From: the human T2T-CHM13v2.0 reference genome, Homo sapiens
Strand: one strand, 5' to 3'
Assembly (NCBI RefSeq): GCF_009914755.1
Contig: NC_060937.1
DNA: 64,000 nt
Shown: piece by piece, positions 13,620-24,907 of the stretch
Layout: each line of letters opens with the position of its first letter
Numbering within the stretch: position 1 is the stretch's first letter
Translations under genes and position numbers: made by a program
The notes under the pieces: model-generated
Seen by the model: only the letters and a program-made list of their open reading frames with translations
Databases searched by the model: none
What the model was told of the DNA's origin: nothing

Positions 13620-15230
13620 CTTCCCTGCTATTCCCACTGAGGACAAGAGAAAGCCCCGGATGCTGTCCACAAGACAAATAGAAGAAGTCTTAGAGAGGTG
13701 GAGGGAAGAAGGCAGATCAATTGGGGACCTTGGATTGAGGAATTGCCCAGGAGGGAGTTCCCTGGGTTTTCCTTTTGCCTCATGTCTCCCAAGTGGGTGC
13801 TGGAGAAGCTGGCAGCACAGAGATGGCCATGGATTCAGACCAAAAAAGACTCTGGAAAAGCCTACCCTCTGCAGCCACAAGACCAAGGAAGTAGCAGCCC
13901 TGCAGGACACAGTAACTTCTCTCCTCCAGCCAAACACTACGGAGCTGTGGCCCTGTCCCCACCCCTCCAGCAGAAGTCAAGTGGGGAGCCTGGACTTCTG
14001 CCCTCAGCACACTGTCATGAGATGCCCCAAACCCCTCTTTGGGTGGCATGGGAACAGGCTGATGGAGGGGGGCTTGGACTTCCACCCCCACCTGGTGGTA
14101 ACAAGGCCATTCTCCTCCCCACCAGGATGGTGACAAGGGAGGCAGCAGGAAGTGGGAACTCTCATCACCCCCCCCAGCAGTCATGAGGCCACCACCCCTG
14201 TAGTATCACCTGGGGCCATGTGGAACCAGTAACAAGGCACTCCTGCTCCACCTGCTGCCAGCCGTGCAGAGGAGCCCCACCGTGCCAGTATCAATGAGGG
14301 CAGAGAGGGAAGCTGGACTTCCATTCCCAGCATGACAGTGACACGATGGCACCTGCCCTCACCCAGCATCAGAGAAACCTACTAAATGGCAAGATGCAGG
14401 TAAAATGCAGAGTCTTACAATATGACACACAAACTGCCCAGGTTTCCATCAAAAATCACTTGTCATATCAAGAACTAGGAAAATCTCAAATGGAACAAGA
14501 AAAGACAACTAACAGAGACCAACACCAAAATAACACAGACATGAGAATTATCTGACAAGGGTGTTAAAGCAGTGATCATAAAAATGCTTCAACAAACATT
14601 TACAAACACTCTTGAAACAAATGAAGAAATAGAAAGTCTCAACAAATTAAAGGTTTCAGCAAACAGTAGAAAATTTAAAAAAAAGAACCAAATGGATATT
14701 TTAAATCTAAAAATACAATATCTGAAATTCTAAAAATCACTAGATGGGATCAATAGCAGCATAAAAAGACAGAAAATAATCAGCAATAATATAAATTTCT
14801 CAATGTAATCCACTATATTAGCACACTAAAGAAAAAAGAATTACATGATCATATGTATTCATGCAGGAAAAAAATGACAATTCTTTCCAAAATGACACAC
14901 AGGTTTAACACAATTTTCATCAAATTCCAGCTTTTCTTTTGCAGATATAGACAAGATTATCCTAATATGTAACATGGAAAGCCAAAGGAAGAGGAGTAAA
15001 CAGTTTTGAAAAATAATACTAAAGTGGAAGCAATTGCCCTTCCCATTTCCCAGACTTTCATGTTGCTTCAGCAGTCAGGACAATGTGGCACTGGAGAGGC
15101 ATAAACACGCAGATTAACCAAATAGCAGAGAGAGCCCAGAAATAGCCCCACACACGCATGGCCAGCTGGTTTTTAACAAAAAGCCGAAAGCAAGTCAATG
15201 GAAGAAGAACAGAGCACCAATTTAAATGTA
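13620..15230 (+). mobile_element. Decayed ancient L1 (L1M-type) fragments
   Basis: A-rich strand bias and ORF1/ORF2-like remnants (catgatcatatgtattcatgcagg, agagagcccagaaatag). Confidence 0.5.
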
Positions 15231-15259
15231 AGTCTTATCACGGAAACATCCAGAATAAT

Positions 15260-15547
15260 TTTTTTTTTGAGACAGTTTAGTTCTTGTCACCCAGGCTGGA
15301 GTCCAATGGCTCATCTTGGCTCACTGCAACCTCCACCTCCCAGGTTCAAGCGATTCTCGTGCCTCAGCCTCCAGAGTAGCTGGGATTACAGGTGCGTGCC
15401 ACCACACCCAGTAAATTTTTGTATTTTTAGTAGAGATGAGGTTTCACCATGTTGGCCAGGCTGATCTCGAACTCCTGACCTCGGGTGATCCACCCGTCTC
15501 AGCCTCCCAAAGTGCTGGGATTACAGGTGTGAGCCACTGCACCCAGT
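15260..15547 (-). mobile_element. Alu (AluS)
   Basis: Full dimer with TSD tccagaataatt on both sides. Confidence 0.95.
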
Positions 15548-15619
15548 CCAGAATAATTTTTGACCAAATGTCTGGGTACCATGGCCCAGCCAAGCTGACA
15601 TAAATTTAATCATCGCAGA

Positions 15620-15905
15620 GCCCAATGGAAGCACAAGGTCTTTATAAATCAAGAGAAAGGCAGAAGACAGAACTGGAGATGGGGAGACTTTGCTGCTGGA
15701 GAAATGTGGGCAGCCCCGGATGGTGGAGGAGACAAGGAGACAGATTTCCCGGAGCCCCCAGAGGAAATGCAGCCACACAGCACCTGGCTTCAGCCTCGAG
15801 GCCCAATTTGGACTTCTGGCTTTCAGAACTGGTAAGATAATAAATCAGTGTTGTTCTAAGGCACTAAATTTGCAGGAATTTGTTAGAGAAGCAATAAGAA
15901 ACTAG
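15620..15905 (+). mobile_element. MLT1-family LTR fragment, preceded by an MLT2-like end at ~15555-15618
   Basis: ggacttctggctttcagaactggtaagataataaatcagtgttgttctaag...gcaataagaaactag. Confidence 0.6.
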
Positions 15906-16668
15906 TTCAGGTGTGAACAGACATGTTCCCAAGAGGGTGCACAGGTGGCAAGCACGCAAGAAGACGTGAGCATCACCAGCTGTTGGGGAAATGCAAATTA
16001 AGGTCACAAGAGATTGCCACTACACTCCTATCAAACAGCTACAATGCAAATACAGCCAATAGCACATACGGGCAAGGACAGCGAGAAGCTGGATTTCGCA
16101 TATGTTGCTGGTGGCCATGGAAAATGAAACAGGGACTCTGGAAATAGTTGGGCACTTTCCTGAAAAACTGAACCTACACATGCCACATGACCCAGCAATT
16201 GCACTGCTAGGCATGCACGCCAGGGGAGCGAAAACTTACGTCCACACAAAACCCATACACAGTTGTCTATATTAGCTTTATTTGAAACAGCCTCAAACTA
16301 GAAAGGACCAAAGAGTTCTTCAATACAAGAACAGATAAGCAAAGTGTGGTGCAGCTATGCCATGGAGTGCCTGCTGCTCAGCCATGAAAAGGAACTGTTG
16401 ACGCAGCCAGTGACTTGGATCAATGTCGAGGGCATTATGCAGAATAAAAGAAAAGCCCATCTCGGAGAAATCACCCTTCTAGATAATATTCTCACACGAC
16501 AAAATTACATACAAGGAAAACAGATGAGTGCTGGCTATGGGAGGACGTAGAGGGCAGTGTGATGGAGAGCTCATGGATGTGGAACAGTCCTGTGTCTCAA
16601 ATGCAGCTGTGGTTACACAAATCTACACATGATAAAATGACAGAACCACACACATGCATTTCACCAAT

Positions 16669-17186
16669 AGAGGCAGTCCCTGATGTATGTTCAGCTTACA
16701 ACTGTTTGACTTTATGACGAAACAAAAGCCATCCACATTCAGTAAGAAACTGCACTGTGAGTTTTGACCCTTTCCTCGGCTAGTGATACGTGCTGTGATA
16801 CTCCCTTGCCCTGCAGGGCAGCAAGGTGCAGCCCCCAGTCAGCCGGGGAATCACGAAAGTCAACAGCCCACTCTGTGTGTTGCTAGAGATTTTTGGATAC
16901 TCTGTTTTGTGTTTTCACATCCCATCATGTCTACAAAATGCCCACCTGTGTAAAGTATTCAACACTTTAGTATAAAATAGGCTTGATGTTAGATAGTTCA
17001 CCCAACCGTGGGCTAATATAAGTGTTCCGAGTAAGTCAGGCTAGCAATCTCTGGTTAATCTGGTAGGTTAATCACCTAAACTACCAACTGTGATTTGGTG
17101 TATTAAATGCATTTTTGACTTGTGATATTTTCAACTTATGATGGGTTTTTCAGGAGGTAACCTCATCATAAGTTGAGGGATGTCTG
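16669..17186 (-). mobile_element. TcMar-Tigger DNA transposon fossil (MER47/Tigger5-like)
   Basis: Terminal ...aacttatgatgggttt...cctcatcataagttgagggatgtctg matches the MER47-type TIR; flanked by TA dinucleotides. Confidence 0.7.
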
Positions 17187-17219
17187 TAATGTTATTTTGG
17201 TCTGTCTTTTGCTTGATAT

Positions 17220-17405
17220 TTCTTTATATGTATATATCAAGGAATTTCAAGAAATGTATATATATATTTAAATATATACTTATTTATTTAAATATATGTA
17301 ATTATTTAACCATATGTACTTATTACTTATTTTATATGTACTTATTAAATATATATTTAAATATATACTTATATATAAATAAATAATATATAAATATATA
17401 TATTT
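17220..17405. repeat. AT-rich low-complexity tract
   Basis: (TA)-rich degenerate repeat. Confidence 0.9.
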
Positions 17406-17620
17406 TTAGTGTGCAGCAAAAAACAGAAGGAACTGTGATGCATTAATCTATTTTGCCCATTTACACTTACCTGGTTTTGCTACTGTACTAAGTTATGTAG
17501 AATGTAAACATGGAGTAAACTGAGCAAAGAGCATGCAGGACCTTCTTGTACATTTCTTTGCAACTTCCTGTGACTCTGTCATCATTTCATAATTAAAAGG
17601 CTCTTAAAAGAGTATGAACA

Positions 17621-17780
17621 ATTAACCAGGTGTGGTGGTGCCTGCCTGTGGTTCCAGCTACTCAGCAGGCTGAGGCAGGAGGATCTCTTTAATCCATCAA
17701 GGCTGCAGTGAGCTGTGATCGCACCACTGCACTCTAGCCTGGGTGATGGAGCGAGACCCTGTCTAAGAATAAAACAAAAA
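17621..17780 (+). mobile_element. Alu monomer (FRAM/AluJ-like arm)
   Basis: Single Alu arm with an A-rich tail. Confidence 0.85.
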
Positions 17781-19852
17781 GCACATGAATAAAGTTATCC
17801 AAATCCTACAAAACTGTAACTCGAAACTTGGGTCCTTTCTGAAAGAATAAAGGTTTAAAAAACTAGACTTGATAACATGAGCATTGCAATCTGGAACCAC
17901 TTTGGGCCATAAAGGACTGATTCTGTTGAAGTTTGACTCCAGGGTTGCACAGATTGACATACCGCCCCACCCCACCCCACCACCAAACAAGGAAACGGAG
18001 TGTAGCCCTCAGACCGTGGCATGGACCTTGGTTCACTATATTTAACAAAATCCCAGCAGAGGAAAGACAGGCCCAGCTATTCCTGCAGAGATTGTCCCGC
18101 TCCGCACACATACTTGTTCCTTCTTCCACCACTCATCCCAGCACCACCAAACTCAGCCCTCAAACTCTTGCTTAGAGCAGGGTGTACAGGAGAATGAGGA
18201 GGAAAGAAACTGGGCCTTAAAAAGTTGGAGGACAGACAAGTAGTTGCTCACCACTTTTCAGAGCAACTAGAACTTATGGGAGAACTTTCCAAACACAAGC
18301 GAAAGGAGAAGAAATACATGGCAATTCTGCAAACATACTAAAACAGATCTCTATAAAATAAAAGAACACCAAGCAAAAGACACACCAAAATAACAACACA
18401 AAAAAAAACAACTCTAAAGGCAGAAAGCTATGGAATAACCGGCAAACTATAGAAAAGCTCAAAGGTGAGATTTTACACACACAAAATAGAATTGGATGAA
18501 AATGAAGCTATTGAAACACATTGAGGACCTAAAATGTTATAAACAGCAATGATATAATGACAGAAACAGTAAGAAACAAAATAAATACCTCTAGAAATTA
18601 TTACCACAGATAAAAACACAGTGAATACAGATTTTTTTGACGACAAGAGGGTTACAGCAATTAAGGAAAAGCTAATGGTTAAGGAAGACAGATGGAGAAG
18701 GTCCAGCGTAAGGAAACAGGTGCCTGGGGGTAGAGAACCAGAGAGATGGATTGATGACATATTCAAAGACATGAGATTAAAAAGTGCCTGAAGTGAATAA
18801 AGATTGGGTCTGCAGATCAAAAGGACATATCTTCTTCCTGGGAAGTTTAACAGAGAACAGAAATGCCAAGGCAAATCCTAATTCTGCTGCTTAATTTCAA
18901 GATAAAGAAAGAATAACTCGGGTCTTCACACAGCCAGAGCAGATCATCTGCAAGAGGGGGTCCATGTCAGGTGGTCCACAGAGCGCTCCACACAGCACTC
19001 AGGATCTGCAACGGGGAAACTGTAACAACTCTTAGGGAAGGAGGGCTGGCCCGTGAATCTTGTTCCCCCACAAGTCACTGTTAGATTCTAAAGCCAACAA
19101 CCTAAGTTCTCAGGTCTGAAGATGTCCTGGGATAGAACATCTCTGAGCTCTTCTTAGGGGAAATAAGAAGTTCATGGCCAATTAACATTGAATCAAAAGA
19201 AAGGAAGTGAGAGGAAGGGAGAGTGAAGCCGTCCTCGTATTTCAGATCAGGAAGTCGGCTGTTCCTGTGGAAAAGTGAAACTTGCACGTTTAAAAAAAAA
19301 ATGCATTGACTCCAAATACCTAAGTTTTTCCCCAGAGTCTCCCCTCCTCTCCTGTGAGCAATGACTGAGAGAGAGGAAATACTGGACGTTCATCAATTCC
19401 TTCAGTTGTTCTTCAGGTTTTTTTCCCTCCATTAAATCTGAGTAAATTTGAAGAATTACTTTTGTTGCAGGAGTGAGGTGGTGTGTTCCCACCTTTATTA
19501 CCTTATGTTATTACCCCACAGGTGTTTGCGTCCACAGAAGAGCTCCTCACACCATGTCTATCTCTCCACGCGCCCACCAGCCTGTGCACGTAAACATAGA
19601 TGAAGAGGTGTCTGCCACGATGTTAACCTGATATTCATGGTGGTCGTGGCTGCGGGACAACTGGGGTCATTTTTTAATTTTCACGTTTTTGTCGTTTCAT
19701 TGCTTAAGTTCTCTATAGTGAGTATGTATTATTAGCGTATTTATAAAAACAAAACCATGATTTTTCAAAAATTAAAAACATCAAAGGCAAATATTCTAAG
19801 ATGCTAACAGTGTTAATTTTGTACAATGGAACTAAGTATGTTTGCATTTTTC

Positions 19853-20158
19853 TTGTTTTGTTTTGTTTTGTTTTTGTGAGATGGGGTCTCACTCTGTTGC
19901 CCGGGCTAGAGTGCAGTGGCATAATCACAGCTCACTACAGTCTCTGTCTCCCCAAGGTCAGGTGATCCTCCTACCTCGGCCTTCTAAGTAGCTGAGACTA
20001 CAGGTGCATGCCACCACACCCAGCTAATTTTCGTATTTTTAGTAGATACAGGGTTTCACCTTATTGGTCAGGCTGGTCTCGAACTCCTGACCTCAGGTGA
20101 TCCACCCGCCTCGGCCTCCTAAAGTGCTGGGATTACAGGTGTGAGCCACCGCACCCAG
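19853..20158 (-). mobile_element. Alu, chimeric (J-like right arm, S-like left arm)
   Basis: Full dimer with a (TTTTG)n tail; see findings. Confidence 0.9.
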
Positions 20159-20464
20159 TTTTTTTTTTTTTTTTTTTTTTTGAGATGGAGTCTCGATCTG
20201 CTACCCAGTCTAGAATGCAGTGACACAATCACGGCTCACTACAGCCTCTGCCTCCCCAAGGTCAGGTGATGCTCCTACCTTAGCCTTCCAAGTAGATGGG
20301 ACTGCAGACATTTACCACCATGCCTGGCTAATTTTTGTATTCTTTGTAGAGATGACGTTTTGCTCTGTTGCCCAGGCTGGTTTCAAACTCCTAGGCTCAA
20401 GCGATCCACCCACCTCAGCCTCACAAAGTGCTGGGATAACAGGTGTGAGCCACTGGACCTAGCC
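20159..20464 (-). mobile_element. Alu (AluJ-like)
   Basis: Full dimer with the J diagnostic ctcctaggctcaagcgatcc; in tandem with the preceding Alu. Confidence 0.9.
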
Positions 20465-21005
20465 TTGCATTTTTCTTTTAATTTTTAAAATTTTTACATT
20501 TCCAAAAATTAAAAAAATAAGGAAAGCCTGTTTATTTTAAAAGAGCCATAAAGAGTTCTTTCCTCTTTCCCCTGGAAGATGCAGGAAACAAATCTCTATT
20601 GGTATATGACAGAAACAATCTCTCAACTGAAATGCAACCATGGAGAAAAAACTTCTAGGAGTCATATGCTGCTGCTATGACAGTTATGCAAATGAATTAA
20701 AGTCCCCATTCAAAGAAACTGGTATAAATAGATTAATTTGTTAAATTCCCTTCTGGTTTTAATGTTGCATGCAAATACAAATGCAAAGGGAATTATGTGT
20801 AAAATTGTTGCTAAAAGACAGCAAAGAATAAGAAAAATAAATTTGCCATCAACCTCCCAAGGGTTGGTGAGAGATTCTTCAAACTAGAATCTCATAAAGC
20901 AACTGATTAAAAACACATACCAGACACTCTAACCTCTTCTTTCCAATTAGCTAAGCAAATCTATGAAACGCGGGGGGCAGAGCTCTGTGAACTAAGCCAG
21001 TCTGA

Positions 21006-21296
<291 letters not shown>

Positions 21297-22240
21297 TCTG
21301 ACTACCATATTTTAGTGCTCAAATCTGTTCCTCCACTCCTGCATCTGGGATTAGTTTGACTCATTTGGCCGATGAGACATTAGCAAATGTGGTGCAAGAA
21401 AAGGCTTGTTTGCATCGAGGCTTACTCTCCTTTCTGCTGTGACCAAGCCCAGGCTGCCTGCTAGAGGCCGAGAGACCACATGGAGGGAAGCCTCAGCCAT
21501 CCCAAGCCCCAGCATCCTAGCTAAGGCCTCAGACATGTCCATGAGGCCACACTAGGCCAGCAGCCCCCAGAGCCAACCCACAAAGTTGTAAGCAATCACA
21601 CATGGGCTGTATCAAGTCACCGAGCTTCGGGCAGCCTTGAGAATGACTCCTTCCTCGACCAAATCAGCGAGGCTCCTCTGACCCCTCTTCTCAACGAGGC
21701 CTCGCCCCCAGCCCTGATCAAATTCCTCATCCTCCGCCTTGAGGTGGAAGTCCCTGGCCTGCCTTAGCCAGACATCCCTCCTTGGTGCAGTGGGTGTCGT
21801 TCGACAGGCAGCAGTGCAGGGTTCTGCTGTCATGGGAGCTCTGGCTGCTGTCCGTTTGTACATTCAGCCTCTTAGGCCCATGCTGCTGGCCCCAAAATGA
21901 CATTCTGAGTAGCAAGAGCCTGGGTTATAGAAGCAAGCATCTCACTTGGACCATTCATTAACTCAGAGTGGGACTTGGAACCCACTGGGTTTCTGTAAAT
22001 GTCAACCATGCTTAGTGTGCCTTTATGGACACGCTGAAAATCTGAAATATACTCCCCACACCTTGAGGTAGATTGGCTACCACTGCATCTATCAAAAGGA
22101 AAACCTGAGCAAAAATGTGCTGTGGGTTCCCATACAAGCAATAAAAATTAAAGAGCCAGAGACCCATGGTGGGTCAGCCATCCTTGGGGTCCTGACCAGA
22201 CCTCGGGGGCATTGTTAGTCTTGTGCGTCCAGGGCCCCAG

Positions 22241-22610
22241 TGATATGGTTTGGCTCTGTGTCCTCACCCAAGCATCATCTTGAATTATAATCCTCATAAT
22301 CCCACGTGTTGAGGGAGGGACTTGGTGGGAGGCGATCTGATCATGGGAGTGGATTCCTGCATGCTGTTCTCATGATAAGTGAGTTCTCACTAGAGCTGAT
22401 GGTTTTATAAGTGTTTAACAGCTCCTCCTTCATGTACTCTCTCTCCTGCCGCCTTGTGAAGAAGGTGCCTGCTTCCCCTTCCGTCATGATTGTAAGTTTC
22501 CTGAGGCCTCCCCAGCCATGCAGAACTGTGAGTCAATTAAATCTCTTTTCTTTATAAATTACCCAGTCTCAGGGAAGTTCTATATAGCAGTGTGGGAACA
22601 GACAAACACA
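22241..22610 (+). mobile_element. MaLR solo LTR (THE1D/MSTA-like), ~0.95 kb upstream of the SPACA7 ATG
   Basis: tgatatggtttggctctgtg...ataaattacccagtctcagg...aacaca. Confidence 0.88.
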
Positions 22611-23364
22611 CCAGCCCTCTCCACCATGGAGCTGGGATCTGAGGGCTGTTCACCTGGGACCCCACCACCGGCCGAGTCTAGACCAGCTGCCCCACTCTGA
22701 GCCCTGGATGTAGGAGTCAGTCCAGGGGTGAGATAGGATCCAGGGGAGCCAACCAGAGTGACTCCTTTGGGGTTTTGTCACTGCACGGATGGAGAAAGCT
22801 CTAGAAAGTCTAGGAGATAGAGCTGGGAGGATGATAACATGGAAATGCAGCCATGTTCTCCTCTCGTGATTAAAGTCTCACTGCCAGGGAAAGATTGGGG
22901 CTGATGCTGAGAAAGAAGGTGTGGGGGAAAGGAGGCTGAAACCTGGGTCATCTGTCTCCTGTTCTTCATGATCCTGGAACTTTGAGGGTGGGGGAGGGTG
23001 GGAGGGGACATGGGGCCACGGGCCTCTGTTCTTCAAGGCTCTGTTCTTCAAGGGACCTTTAAGAGGTGATTAGACCCTCTGGATCTGTCGGTTCTGGCAC
23101 TTGCTCTGTAATTCAACCACCTCTCCAGCATCCTTCAAATACGCCTCTTTCCATGGGAGCAGATTTTGTTGGCTTTTGGCCACTGGCCCTTAAGTCCTGA
23201 TTAGTATCTACCCCTTGAGTCCTCAGGGTGCTCAGGACAGAGGAAGTCACCAGAACAGGCAATAAGAAAGAGTGGAGAGGATCTCTGTTACCTTAAGACC
23301 CCAGTGAGCCTCCTCCCTGCTTCCCAGTCACAGACTCTGGACAGAAACCCTGCCCCCCGCCCCT

Positions 23365-23553
23365 GGCAAGATGCCAGCTCCCTTCCTGGTCCTGATGTCA
23401 CAGGTCCCTGGACATGACCTCCCCACCAGGGCAGGACCCCAGCTCCCTTCCTGGTTGTGATGTCACAGGTCCTGACATTCCACAGTGTCCTGGAGACCAA
23501 GGATGGGAAACTGTCAACCTTCAGAACGTCCTTCTCCCTCAGCTGGAGGGAGC
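23365..23553 (+). promoter_or_regulatory. Putative SPACA7 proximal promoter/5'UTR with two CRE-like TGATGTCA sites
   Basis: TGATGTCA at 23393-23400 and 23458-23465 inside a 65-bp-period direct repeat just upstream of the ATG. No TATA box or CpG island seen. Confidence 0.55.
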
Positions 23554-23647
23554 ATGGCAGTGAGCCAAGGAGACGGGACCCTCTGCTTTGTCCTCCTGCT
23601 GTGCTGTTGGCAAGAAACTGAGCTCCGGCCGAGAACCGTGATTCCAG
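23554..23647 (+). CDS. SPACA7: SPACA7 coding exon 1 (ATG, signal-peptide-like N-terminus)
   Basis: gagcATGG in good Kozak context. Encodes [31 protein letters not shown]+G, which I recognise as the SPACA7 N-terminus. Donor CAG|gtaggg at 23648, phase 1. Confidence 0.93.
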
Positions 23648-24140
23648 GTAGGGCCCCACAGGGATGTCTCAGCAGAAAGAGAACTGAACCAGGTGGGGAG
23701 CGGCGGCCTCTTCTCCCATGGGTTCCTCTTATTCCCAACCTACATGAATTTACCATTTATTCCTTGGGGAATGAATGTAGCTGAAAAGTCTTTCTATCTT
23801 TGAAGACTTTTTAAAATCTAGATGTCCATAGGAAAGTTGCAAATGTTACTTATTTTAACTTTTTATTATGGAAAATTTCTAACTGGGAAGAATATCATGA
23901 ACCTTCGTGTATTCACCCTCAGGTTCAATTATTGTGCATATTTTGTTTTTTTCTACACACACACACATACACACTCCACACCACATACACACACTTTTCT
24001 TGTTTGGGGAGTATTTTAGCACCATCCCAGATGCCTTACCACCTCATGTAAAACATTTTCTTGCGAAGAGATAAAAGCATTATCTACAATGTCATAATCA
24101 GACTAACATAATTACCAAAAGCCTTTATCTCAGCTCATAC

Positions 24141-24907
24141 CGTTAAAAAATATTTGTGATGCTTGCTAAAGATGGGCAGGCAGCCTTTATTCAAAGGGGG
24201 CTACTACCATGGTGTCTCATAATAGTGGAGAGTGGGCTCAACTCCAAATACAGGGAAAGTGGAGATTTGCAGCCAAGGATCAGGGTGGGTCAGTGGATGA
24301 ACATTGCTAAAAGGTAGGAGAATTCTTTGCTAAACTGATTCAGCAAAGGCCAAGAGGGCTTTTATAAACAAAAATGAAGCATTTATATTTTTTGTCCCAC
24401 CTGATTACTCTAGAATTTGGATATTATGATTTTCAGGACCATACAATTGTTTGCATAAGTTTAATAAAAATTGATTATCCTTGCAACAGGACACAAAGGT
24501 CTGCTATCTTTGAAGACCTTTTAAAATCTAGACATCCATGAGAGAGTTGCATATGTTACTTATTTTAACTTTTTATTATGGAAAATTTCTAACTTGGAAG
24601 AATATCATGAACCTCCATGTATTCACCCTCTAGTTCAATTATTGTGTATATTGTGTTCGGCCAAACAGGAGGCCAGACCTGAAAGGAAGCCAAGGCAATA
24701 AAATAATCAAAGATGGAGGGTGAGGAATTTGATCAGATATCAAGGGTGACCAGGCCAAGACTAGGGGATTTCCACTAAAAGACTTCACAGGATTCCTACT
24801 AAACATGGGGAAAAGCAGACAAAAGCAGAAGCTAGGGTCAAGGCCTAGTCAAAGAGAAGACTCAGAGGAGCCTGGCATGAGGTAAGTCAAGGAGCGAGGC
24901 TTTCTCA
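24141..24907 (-). mobile_element. ERV1 LTR (MER31/MER67-like), split by a ~300-bp templated insertion at 24359-24657
   Basis: LTR-like sequence (ggctcaactccaaatac, gagaagactcagaggagcctg) ending tttctca, followed by ttccctcctctt (polypurine tract on the - strand). Confidence 0.6.

Larger units (their letters stand above)
15910..17610 (+). mobile_element. Old L1 (L1MB/MC-like) 3' end, interrupted by a Tigger element and an AT-rich tract
   Basis: L1 3' motifs (gacccagcaattgcactgctagg, ctttgcaacttcctgtgactct). Confidence 0.6.

Noticed and set aside
23485-23784. 99-aa single-exon ORF (and 46128-46352) as standalone genes
   Set aside because: They are SPACA7 exons 1 and 4 read through into flanking intron.
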